The notes under the pieces: generated by a model | Told to the model about the DNA's origin: nothing | The model's input: only the letters and a program-made list of their open reading frames with translations | Databases searched by the model: none | Position numbers and translations under genes: made by a program | Shown: positions 19,298 to 28,223 of the stretch, piece by piece | Layout of the letters: every line of letters begins with the position of its first letter | Position numbering within the stretch: the first letter of the stretch is position 1 | From: Mycobacterium leprae TN | GTDB taxonomy: Bacteria; Actinomycetota; Actinomycetes; Mycobacteriales; Mycobacteriaceae | Direction of reading: 5' to 3' | Length of the DNA stretch: 32,000 nt | Assembly: GCF_000195855.1 (NCBI RefSeq) | Contig: NC_002677.1 | Span: 1,290,001 to 1,322,000, forward strand

Positions 19298-19326
19298 CGA
19301 CCGGTCCTCGTGTCGAGGACCGGTCG
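19298..19326. repeat. Perfect 13-bp inverted repeat with a 3-nt loop
   Basis: cgaccggtcctcg tgt cgaggaccggtcg, read directly from the sequence. Confidence 0.9.
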
Positions 19327-19534
19327 CGAATTGCTTGGTTGGTTCCAGAATTAACACACCGATGGATATACGAAACCGATAATTTCACGTGATATACATG
19401 ATTCCAATCTGCTGAACTGAGCCATAACATGGAGTCATTGGACCGGTTCAAGACGAAATCGTCGATTTCGTCTTGCAAGGAAGCGCACTCTGTTAATGAT
19501 GCGACCAGCTGAGCAAGCTCGTAACGTACCGTAG

Positions 19535-19554
19535 CCCCCTTTCGGGGGGGGGGG
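19535..19554. repeat. Homopolymer pair: C5 - tttc - G11
   Basis: gtagCCCCCtttcGGGGGGGGGGGtat. The G run spans 19544-19554 (11 nt). It lies inside the epimerase pseudogene. Confidence 0.9.
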
Positions 19555-20949
19555 TATACTCACGGCCTGACTGCTTTCTTCAAAGAGAGTCGTTTCCCCG
19601 GTAACCGGTTGTCGGTGTTCCAGCTATGTGCCATACTACGAAATTGTTCTCAGCCGTTGTCGAATACTAGATTGTTGTTGACCGTCGCTCGGCACGGTCC
19701 AGGAGCATTGATGTTTTCTTGAGATAGTTGATGCACGTTTGCGGATGTGTCGGGCCTGGGGCCGTCGAAGTTGGTGATGCGACGCACATTGTCTACAGCG
19801 ACGATCAACGCGTCGGCGTCGGTGCTTGGTGTGGGTGCGGTGCTCGTCGCCATCGCTGCATTACGCAATTCACCACACGAGGGACGTCGCGATCAATACA
19901 CAGCAGGCGATCAAGGCCAAGCACCCGGTTGTTCGGAAACTTACGTTCTAGCGTGTCCGCCTCAGGTGGAAATTGGTGTTGGCGGTCGCAGAATTCTCAG
20001 CATAACACAGGTAGGACCTGACCGAAAATACGGATCTCCCGTCATGTATGGACATACAGTTGTTAGGTTGACGTGCAGACAACGGGTTCATCTTCGCTCT
20101 GCATTAACAATGCGAAATATCTAGGCAAGTAAAGGATTCATCTTGTGGCTTGATCGTGACAATCCGCGCAGCCTGGCTTGTCTAGTCACAAACTGTCAAA
20201 CTCGGTGCCGACACAATGGCGATTGGATGCAATCCCGCCGACAGCCAACGTCGCCGCAGCAGATATCAACTTATAGTCAGCGATATGGACTGTGTTGTAC
20301 TGACCGGGTCTTGTGCAACAAGGTAAGCACCGAAGAGGGTTTTCTGGTACCAGAACAACCAGCTGGCTGTCGCACTTGACACGCTTGGCTAAGCACTCTC
20401 AGTAGGAATTAATTTGTACAGAAGTACAATTCGATATATAGCAACCTCGGATTTGTACGGAAATCCTGGCAGGAGCGTCCCGCGCAGCGACCATATTTCT
20501 CGGATCTACCCCGAAGTACTTTGACGTGGCTCGGTGACACCGTGGGCGGTAACCCGTCTGCATATCGCTGGTTCCGGTCAAAGTGCTACCTTATCAGCAG
20601 GTTTCGGCTTTATCACCCGAAGCGCTTGCACTCCATGGAGTGCGCCTAGATGTGGTGATGACCCCGCTGCCGCACGGAAAGAGGTGGTTCTGGCGAACAA
20701 ATCCACAAAGCGTGCATCGTCACTTCGGTTTCACTCGGCAACGATAAATACGAACAGGGTAAACGCTTAGAACTTGGGTTGAAAGCTAAATCTGTTCAAT
20801 CGCTGCAGTTTTCAGACTGCTTGCACTTTGCAGAACGAGTGGTCATGATCGTCCTCGGAAGGAAAATGGATTCCTCGCCAACCGATAGCTCACCGTGTCA
20901 GCTGTTCGCGCAGACGGCTCCGTTAGGGCCTGGGTTTCCTGGCTGAGCT

Positions 20950-22050
20950 CCGAGCCACCGAGACCGTCAGTGCCGACCGATGTACTGCCAAGGTTGTGAC
21001 TCCGGCGATACCTCACCGTATCAACGGCGCCTTCCTGTTCCACTAGGAAAACCAGCTGATGCCTCTCGTCCCACCACTGCTGCCGAGGCCACCTCCATGG
21101 TCCCGTTGGTAACTCAAACTGGCTCCAGCGTCGGCACCGGGGCACAGGTGTCGGCCTCACTTCTGCAGGAGGCACTGGCGGCGAAGATGCCAGCGCGACG
21201 TCTACCTTGCGGTACTAGCGTCAAGACTATAGGAGGTAACGGTCGCCATGCCCTGGCCCGATGGTTCGGCCACGTCGCCTGAGTGACCCGGCCCGTAAGA
21301 CATTGACAGGACAGCGACCAAACGGAGGGCGTGTGTGATGCCCCGGTGGCGGGTGGTGATCACTGTCGGCGGTCAGCGGCGGATGGTTACTGTTCGCGAT
21401 ACCAGGTCGACGAGTATCTATTTATCGCTAAAAACAGAAAGACAGACAACCGTCAATTTCACGTGAGCAGCGCTGGATGACTGAAACTCTCTGCGAAAGC
21501 GTCTAGCGCGTCGAGCACTTCGAATGTGAGCTAGGATCGGTTACGGGCCTTGTCGGTAAATTTGACGATGATCTTGGCCTTGACAAGCGGTTCCAAGGAT
21601 CGGTAGATGGTTGCTGATCGCGATGTTTAGTTGATCGTTGACCAGTTGTGCTTTGACTACTGGGCATTTGATTAGGAATTCGCCACATGGCGTACAGCAG
21701 GGTTGCGGCGTGCAGTGACTTTCGATCCCCACTTCTCTTGATCATTTGCAAACCATTCATTAGGTGTCGACCATTGACGACGGCCAGGGACGATATCTCC
21801 GACATTTTCCGACTATCGGTGCGGGATCACTCTCGCGATAAGTAGTTAGTTCCTGAAAATACGAATTGGTGTCCGATAGCAGGCCCGCTGAGACGGAGAC
21901 TGTGACCTAACGCGTTAATTGCCTGTTGCGCAACATCGAATGGACCAACGACCTGCTGGTGCTCCCGTTGCCGTCGAGGACAGGGTAGATGGTTTCGAAT
22001 TGTGCATGAGCAATTGGGATTTGTGAAAGGACTTTTATGTCATTGCTTTT
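20950..22050 (-). pseudogene. Possible further universal stress protein (USP) domain remnants
   Basis: Reverse-strand fragments: IYPVLDGNGSTSRSLVHSM (~22010-21955) resembles ILVAVDGSE.S..AL. GADAGASLSYQRDHGGGLGSSGG...NRKAPLIR (~21130-21020) resembles ADLLVVGSRGHGGL..LLGSVS...HA.CPVLIV. Weak and heavily degraded. Confidence 0.25.
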
Positions 22051-22199
22051 GGCAAATCAGAGTAGATAATCAATGGCTTAGATGACCAGGACATGTTGCA
22101 GAGCAATGAAATTAGCGTTTAGTGGACCGAAATTTCCACAGCCGATCCACACTTGCTCGGTTCACCATTGGTCGGCGATACTCGGTTCAGTCTCGTGCA

Positions 22200-23450
22200 T
22201 CAGTGTGTCATGCGTGGCCAGACGGCCTCGTCGCTGCTCTGGTCGGCCAGGTCGATGGCTGACTGCGTTGCCTTGGTGTTTGCGACGATCAGTGGAATAT
22301 GGCAGTGCTTAATATTTTCCAATGTTTCAGTTTTGGAGATCTGGCGCTTATGATGCCGCCAAGTTCTCGATTGTAGAGTCGGCTGCTGATTCTGTTCGTG
22401 GCAGCACGGAGGAGACTGGGGCGATCTCGCCACAGAGTTCGGTATCGAACCATGCGATCTCTTTGCCGGCGTCTTCGGCGTCAGCTGGTATATCAGATAG
22501 CAGGTTGACATCGAGGTTGGCAATCTCGGCAGGGATGGCGGACTGGTACTGATTGAACTGGCGCTGGGCGGCATGTAGGCCGGAGCACTGGATATACCAG
22601 CTTTAGCCAGCATACCGCAGACAAGTGCTTCATACCCCACTATAGTGCCTGAGCGAACTGATGATATGGACCGATGCCTATCATAACTTAGGCGATTAAA
22701 CTGCTAATATCTTTCAGAGTGCCGTTTATTACCAGTTCTGTCATCCCGCGCCAGGTTAGTGGACTCGGCCTATGTCAGTGCGTCGTCGAGCTGGCCACGG
22801 CAGGATTGCTGAGCAGCCGTCGCGACGGTGTTCGGGGTGGCTTGGCGTACTGGTCGGCCTTGCTTCGGGTGTTGTGTTTACTGGCAAAACCTGCGTGTGT
22901 TCGGACAACTGCACTGTATCGGTGTCGATCGAGCCTACACTGGCACTCGTGTGTTGATCCTTGTCCAGGACTTAAATACGTCCGGATCATCCACACCGTC
23001 ACCAGGAGAATTGGCCCGTGAGCTAACCCTCGATCCCCACAAAAAGACTACCAACCCACCGGCGCCCCTAAGGACCCCAAACGAAAAGCGGCCCGAGAAT
23101 TTAGTTTTGCTTTTTTGCGCGACCACCAGCAGATCGGCGGTGGCCTTAGCGTAGGTGCTCTTTGGTTATAAGCGTGTCATCGCTTGCCGGTGTAAGTCCG
23201 GTCCGGGTAGTCGTCAGGAGGCCTGGTAGCAGACTGGTGACTTGGTCTGGAAAAGGACCGGGTCGAAGCCCCGTGTCGAAAGCCTTTTACTAGGGGGACT
23301 GAGTGGTCAGTAGCATGACGCAAAGCCTGCGGCATCGTTAGGTTCGAGGTTTTGCCCGTTGCGGGTGGGGTGCAGGGAGTGATGAGCCCCTCGAAATCAG
23401 GGTAAAGGCCTTGGAAGGCGCTGAAGACCTGGAATGTTTAGGCGTTGAAG
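22200..23450 (-). pseudogene. USP-domain pseudogene(s): a tandem-USP gene (~22580-23450) plus one more USP domain (~22200-22580)
   Basis: Reverse-strand fragments in USP order: ATADLLVVAQKSKTKFSGRFSFGVLRGAGGLVV (ADLLVVG..G..GR.LGSV....PVV); SPGDGVDDPDVFKSW (.VGVDGS..S..AL.W); VMIGIGPYHQFAQALYSGV*STCLRYAG (LVVGSRGHGGFAGALLGSVS..VLRHA); then SRTWRHHKRQISKTETLENIKHCHIPLIVA. Stops and frameshifts interrupt all of them. Confidence 0.4.
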
Positions 23451-23479
23451 AACTTCCCGGCCTACGGGGTGCGGAACGT

Positions 23480-24800
23480 TATAGTAACGGCGGGAACTGG
23501 TGAGGTTCTGCCGGTCCGAAAACCTGCGATATGTTGTCGGAGCGTGACGCTTTATAACCGGTGAACCTGGCGAAGTGTAGCTGTGTGGGCGTCGGAGGCG
23601 GCTGTTGTACTGGTTGAGCCAGTCGGACAGCATAACGCCGATCAGGAGAGTGCCTTGGGGCGAAAAGAGACCAAGAGGCGCGGTGGCCAGCAGGCCAATG
23701 ACGAAATCATCCAAAAGCTTTAGGAGTCAAGTTACTATAACCAGGACATATCATGTGTTTTTGTTTGCATTACTTGTAAAACAATTACGAAGTAAGGGTC
23801 ATCGGGGTCAAAGACAGGTCAAGAGCAGTTGGCTCTCACGTTGTATAAACGCGCGCAGATGCAGTGGATACAGAATCCACCAGTCAGGTCGCTACGTTTC
23901 CGGTGCCGAACGGATATTGGCGTACCGAATCAGAACCCCTGATATCGCTGAAGTTAGCCAACCAAGATAAATTCTTGGCGTTTCGGTACAACTGGAAGCT
24001 TCCAATGGTCGGGTCTGCATCAATGACGTATTTCACGTCTTCTGGGTGGAACGCCAGTACGAGGACGTTTATGCTCACGGTGACTAGTTCAAAGGTTTGC
24101 TTTGGCAGATCTTGCGCGCAAGATTGCGTACCTGCCGCATGCTTGGCACCGTCGTGATACCTAACGTTAGCCGACTCTCGGAGGCGTGATCTACTGTGTA
24201 GAATTGAGTATCCAATTTACCGGTGCCGAGCTTGGGTCGTGTGTGCTGCCCCTGGCATCAATGGGCAGGGGCTGAAGTCGTTAATCTGCGACGCGATGTT
24301 GTCAGTTGCTAGTGATCGTGCTGACCGGGTTGGCCGAAAAACGTTGGAATACATCACACAGCTCGATCATCCGAGCGGAACCGCCGGTTTGCATGGCAAA
24401 TCTACCTGGAACAGGACGATATCGTAGTCGGTGGGTGGCATCGCCTGGTGGTTTTCCGCTAATCATGGCCGATTAGGGCATGCCACAATCTGCTGTTGCC
24501 CGGCCGCAGGTCAGCTTGTTAGGCGCCGATACTGACCCGAAGCTGTGGGGACAAAGCTGCCGCTTTACTGCATTCCCTGGGGTGTGCCACGTCTTTTTGG
24601 ATTGCAGCAAGCGGACCGCGTGGGCGATGGTATTGGCGTTTTTACGTTTCAACGGGAATCGATCTGGTTGATATTCTACGACGTGGATTCGCCGAGGTGT
24701 TAGTGCTGTTGGCTGCAGTGGGTGAAATCGATTGGTTGAAGATCGCTGATGGGCTGCGTCAACTAGCGGCGATATAACGAACTGTGCAACAGGAAGCCGA
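23480..24800 (-). mobile_element. Degraded insertion-sequence transposase (DDE/rve integrase-type) remnant
   Basis: Reverse strand: SDWLNQYNSRLRRPHSYTSPGSPV matches the rve C-terminal signature (..W...YN..R.HS.LG..SP..). Upstream are SFW...L (ESFW..LK) and FSDIRGSDSVRQ (HSDRGSQY..). No inverted terminal repeats were identified, and the 5' boundary is uncertain. Confidence 0.4.
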
Positions 24801-24819
24801 GGGGGCCCGACTAGCACAC

Positions 24820-24862
24820 CCTAACCTGCTGGCGCAGGCGAAGCCAGCGCCAGCAGGTTAGG
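24820..24862. repeat. Perfect 16-bp inverted repeat (extendable to 19 bp with a GAA triloop)
   Basis: cctaacctgctggcgc (24820-24835), aggcgaagcca, gcgccagcaggttagg (24847-24862). Inside the loop, ggc-gaa-gcc pairs as well, leaving one A/A mismatch. No flanking T-tract. Confidence 0.9.
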
Positions 24863-26182
24863 TAGGACTCCGGAATGGTGCGTCTTTTCTATGACGCGCA
24901 GCGAGGCGGTCCTTGCATTGCCCCTCAACATGGAGGTCAAACAGGAGAGTCCGCGTAATCCATTTAGATGCAGTGGACGTGTTTCTTACTGGTCCAGTGC
25001 GATGATCACCTACGTCCCTCCCTCCGAACAACGGGAACGTGAACAGCGTCAGGCTGGCATGCAGCGCATGGCTCAGCCCTTTGACGACAGTGGTCGGCTG
25101 CGGCAATTTATTCGGTCCATGTCCGGCCGCTCCAATAGCGTAGACTCTGCGCCCCGCCAGAATCGGGGTACCCCACCCGCCGGTGGTGGATAGCGGCATG
25201 GGAGAGTTCACGGTGTCTTTTTTCGTGGCTGGGTATGCCTAGTTCAAGTGCAGAAGGGTCTGCGATCCTGATTGATCAGGCCGCAAAACAGACACGGCCG
25301 CCAGTAGCGCCTGTTGACGGCCGTGCCTGTTTGCCGCTCTATTTACGTTTCGCTCGTCCAGTTCATGCGGTTTTATCGGTTGTCGGCCCAATGGTCGAGG
25401 TATTCCTTGGGCCGGTGCAGCGGCTGCAAAGTCACGTCCACCAATGGCGGTGGTGCGCCGTTGATAGTCGCGGCTCGTCATCATATACCTTTGCCAACTC
25501 GCCGAATAGCACCCGTGTCCATCTGACCACGCTTGGATCGAGCGTGACCAGGTTGGCGTGCACCAGTACCTACCTGAGGGTGGCCAGCGTAATTGCTGTA
25601 AACCATGCCCATCCGCTGTGCGTCGTTTTGCGTACCACTGCCTAGTAGCGGTCCTTCGCGTCGCTGATTGCCTGCTCGTGTTGCGGGTTAGTTCGGCGGA
25701 CAATGAAATCCTACACCTGCGCCAATCGCTGGTCTCAGACCCGTTGTCTATTGAATCAGCTTTCGTGGTTACATCGATGTGGGCAGTGAACAGCACGCCG
25801 CTGTCCGGGCCGACGTGCCGGGGAACTGTGCCCGTAGCAGCCAACAACTGGATCTCAGCGACTACATGGACGATGTAGCCGTCCTTTCGGGGCTGCAAAC
25901 TCATGAAGTGCTAGCATGTTAGGACGAATAATGCTCGCGGCCATAAGAACCGTACCTACTTGGTGCTGTACAAGCTATCCGTTGCCTGGGTCATTACTTC
26001 TGCGGCGTAACGTAGCGCGGGAGGAGGCAGTCCCCGCGACTGAGCCAAGGTTCACCTCGACTTCGAACGAACTTCACCGTCGGCTAAAACCAGCTTACTA
26101 ACCACCACTAACCACCGCCTTGGTGCGGTCTGTCTGGAACGTCTCCACCTCCATGGAATGTGATCTCGGGGGAGGTTGGCAT

Positions 26183-26232
26183 CGGTGCTTCCTTCCAGTG
26201 GTGTTTGCTAATATCAATGGAAGGAAGCACCG
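26183..26232. terminator. Perfect 15-bp stem / 20-nt loop hairpin 68 nt downstream of tRNA-Arg (possible tRNA transcript terminator or processing signal)
   Basis: cggtgcttccttcca (26183-26197) ... tggaaggaagcaccg (26218-26232). It sits just 3' of the minus-strand tRNA. No U-tract on either strand. Confidence 0.3.
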
Positions 26233-26299
26233 AAAGGCATGCCTGGGGGATGGGCCGCGCCAGTTTGGCAGAAAAATCGCCTTTGAACTGCAGTAAAGC

Positions 26300-26375
26300 T
26301 GGTGCCCCCGGCAGGATTCGAACCTGCGACCTTCTGCTCCGGAGGCAGATGCTCTATCCCCTGAGCTACGGGGGC
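26300..26375 (-). tRNA. tRNA-Arg (anticodon CCG), 76 nt with encoded CCA
   Basis: The reverse complement folds as a canonical cloverleaf: GCCCCCG TA GCTC AGGGGATA GAGC A TCTGC CT-CCG-GA GCAGA AGGTC GCAGG TTCGAAT CCTGC CGGGGGC A CCA. Confidence 0.95.
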
Positions 26376-26570
26376 GTACAAATAACATGTTGCACCAGTG
26401 GGCTCCAGCAGATTAGCGCATCGGGATGGCTGGGCGATATTATCCAGTTCGTCCCCGCAAGCGGTAAAATGTCCCCACTTCTGACGGCTACGCCGTCTGA
26501 ACTATTGCGAGGCTGGCTGCTACTGCGACGGATTCGGGCGTTATGGCCACAGCCCATAGGATGGACATTC
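26376..26570. promoter_or_regulatory. Divergent intergenic region between tRNA-Arg (-) and argS (+)
   Basis: 195 bp that must hold both promoters and the argS ribosome-binding site (ataggatggacattc before GTG 26571). No specific element was identified. Confidence 0.3.
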
Positions 26571-28223
26571 GTGACCCCTGCCGATCTGGCTGAGCTGCTC
26601 AAAACAACCGCTATTGTGGTGCTGGCTGAGCGCGGGCTCGATGCCGCTGCGTTGCCGCAGACGGTCACCGTGGAGCGGCCGCGAAATCCTGAGCACGGAG
26701 ATTACTCCAGCAACCTGGCCATGCAGCTGGGCAAAAAAGTCGGTGCAAACCCGCTTGAACTAGCCGGATGGCTTGCCGAGGTGCTGGCGCAGGCCGGCGG
26801 CATCGCGGACGTAGAGGTGGCGGGACCGGGTTTCATCAACATGCGTCTTGACGCGTCGGCGCAGGCCATGATTGTCAACACCGTCATCAACGCCGATAAA
26901 AACTTCGGCCACTCCGATGACCTGGCTGGTTACCAGATCAACCTAGAATTCGTCTCGGCCAACCCGACCGGACCGATCCACATCGGCGGCACTCGGTGGG
27001 CAGCTGTCGGGGACGCACTGGGTCGGTTGTTGTCGACGCAGGGTGCCGCTGTGGTGCGCGAATACTATTTCAACGACCACGGCGCCCAGATCGACCGGTT
27101 CACCAACTCTTTGATCGCCGCGGCCAAAGGCGAGCTCACTCCGGCCGACGGCTACGCTGGCACCTACGTAACCGACATCGCCGCGCAGGTGATGCAGCAG
27201 GCACCCTACGCGCTGAGCCTGCCCGAATCCGAGATGCACGAGACCGTCCGCGAAATCGGCGTCGACTTGATGTTCACCCACATCAAAAAGTCGTTGCACG
27301 AGTTCGGCACCGATTTCGATGTCTACACCCACGAAGACTCGATGCATGCCAGCGGCCGGGTCGATGAGGCCATCGCCAGACTGCGCGATACCGGTAATGT
27401 TTACGAAAAGGATGGTGCACTCTGGTTGCGCACCAGCGCTTTTGGTGACGACAAGGACCGTGTCGTGATCAAGAGCGACGGCAAGCCGGCCTATATCGCC
27501 GGTGATCTTGCCTACTACCTGGACAAGCGGCAACGCGGTTTCGACTTGTGCATCTACATGCTTGGTGCCGACCACCACGGATATATCGCCCGGCTCAAGG
27601 CTGCGGCCGCCGCATTCGGCGATGACCCGGCCATCGTCGAGGTGCTCATCGGACAGATGGTGAACCTGGTTTGCGATGGACAGCTGGTCCGGATGAGTAA
27701 GCGCTCAGGCAACGTGATTACGCTCGACGACCTGGTCGAGGCGATTGGTGTCGACGCCGCGCGCTACAGCCTGATCCGCTCGTCGGTGGACACTCCGATT
27801 GACATTGACTTGGCACTGTGGTCCTCGTCCTCGAATGAAAACCCTGTTTATTATGTGCAATACGCGCATGCCCGCCTATCGGCATTGGCTCGTAACGCTG
27901 CCGAATTCGGACTGATTCCCGACACCGGACACCTCGAGCTGCTCAGTCACGACAAGGAAGGTGCACTATTACGTACCGTCGGTGAATTCCCCCAGGTGCT
28001 CAAAACCGCTGCTGCACTGCGTGAACCACACCGTGTATGCCGTTATTTGGAAGACCTCGCCGGAGATTACCACCGGTTCTATGACTCCTGCCGGGTATTG
28101 CCCCAAGGCGACGAGAAGCCTACCGACCTGCACACCGCGCGTTTGGCCCTGTGCCAGGCCAATCGTCAGGTTATTGCCAACGGGCTGGCGATCCTCGGAG
28201 TCAGTGCTCCGGAGCGGATGTGA
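26571..28223 (+). CDS. argS: Arginyl-tRNA synthetase
   Basis: The tracked ORF starts at 26160, but its first 137 codons run antisense through the tRNA. Homology begins at GTG 26571 ([31 protein letters not shown]). That gives 550 aa, collinear with remembered M. tuberculosis ArgS, including [11 protein letters not shown] (HIGH) and the MSKRSG (KMSK) motif. Confidence 0.95.
   Translation: MTPADLAELLKTTAIVVLAERGLDAAALPQTVTVERPRNPEHGDYSSNLAMQLGKKVGANPLELAGWLAEVLAQAGGIADVEVAGPGFINMRLDASAQAMIVNTVINADKNFGHSDDLAGYQINLEFVSANPTGPIHIGGTRWAAVGDALGRLLSTQGAAVVREYYFNDHGAQIDRFTNSLIAAAKGELTPADGYAGTYVTDIAAQVMQQAPYALSLPESEMHETVREIGVDLMFTHIKKSLHEFGTDFDVYTHEDSMHASGRVDEAIARLRDTGNVYEKDGALWLRTSAFGDDKDRVVIKSDGKPAYIAGDLAYYLDKRQRGFDLCIYMLGADHHGYIARLKAAAAAFGDDPAIVEVLIGQMVNLVCDGQLVRMSKRSGNVITLDDLVEAIGVDAARYSLIRSSVDTPIDIDLALWSSSSNENPVYYVQYAHARLSALARNAAEFGLIPDTGHLELLSHDKEGALLRTVGEFPQVLKTAAALREPHRVCRYLEDLAGDYHRFYDSCRVLPQGDEKPTDLHTARLALCQANRQVIANGLAILGVSAPERM

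Larger units (their letters stand above)
18850..19900 (-). pseudogene. NAD-dependent epimerase/dehydratase family pseudogene
   Basis: Reverse-strand fragments appear in the expected order: ALIVAVDNVRR (..VLDNL..), NNLVFDNG.. (..R.VFASS..), P..KGGYG/YELAQLV (..PYG.SKLA.E..), GTNQAIRD (..G.Q.RDF..). Many stops and frame changes. Confidence 0.4.

Noticed and set aside
21500-21810. A possible winged-helix (ArsR/MarR-like) regulator remnant on the minus strand (..SATIYRSLEPLVKAKIIVKFTDKARNRS*LT..)
   Set aside because: Only one short helix-turn-helix-like fragment supports it, with no flanking family motifs. It overlaps the interval where USP-like fragments also occur. That is too weak to call.
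23030-23105. Nucleotide resemblance to the 3' tail of the HNH pseudogene (ccccac..agac.ac.caaccca...gac.cccc.aa.cgaaaa; PHKKTTNPP...PEN versus PHLDHDQPKTNTF.HPEN), hinting at a second REP13E12 copy on the + strand
   Set aside because: Upstream + strand sequence shows only very weak similarity to the HNH core. The minus strand of the same DNA gives a more coherent, ordered series of USP motifs. I leave this unresolved pending dot-plot or blastn comparison of 21.9-23.1 kb against 3.3-4.5 kb.
23185-23235. Cobalamin-riboswitch-like strings (ccggtgtaagtccgg resembling GGTG.AA.TCC, and gtcgtcaggaggcctgg resembling the B12 box)
   Set aside because: The intervening conserved core (GCCACTG and related elements) is absent, the spacing is far too short, and no downstream gene exists. 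The same DNA reads on the minus strand as part of a USP domain. This is most likely chance resemblance. A cmsearch with RF00174 would settle it.
25239-25904. The 221-aa ORF, the longest in the decayed interval, considered as a possible real gene
   Set aside because: The product is rich in Arg/Thr/Trp/Gln, has no motif I recognise, and lacks typical mycobacterial codon usage by eye. Only the first ~55 residues (MSLQPRKDGYIVHVVAEIQLLAATGTVPRHVGPDSGVLFTAHIDV) look protein-like. It is probably a pseudogene fragment fused to out-of-frame sequence. A blastp or tblastn search would be needed to settle it.
26098-26117. The tandem decamer ctaaccacc(a/g) x2
   Set aside because: There are only two copies and no further periodicity. 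It is too short to distinguish from chance.
26160-26570. The 137-codon 5' extension of the argS ORF (the track gives 687 aa)
   Set aside because: The extension runs antisense across tRNA-Arg and a perfect hairpin. It has no ArgRS similarity. Homology to the ArgRS N-terminus starts exactly at GTG 26571, which has an upstream ribosome-binding-site-like aggatgga.
28151-28219. The lysA ORF extension overlapping the last 23 codons of argS
   Set aside because: There is no homology, and the overlap is out of frame with argS. The GTG at 28220 provides standard stop/start coupling.
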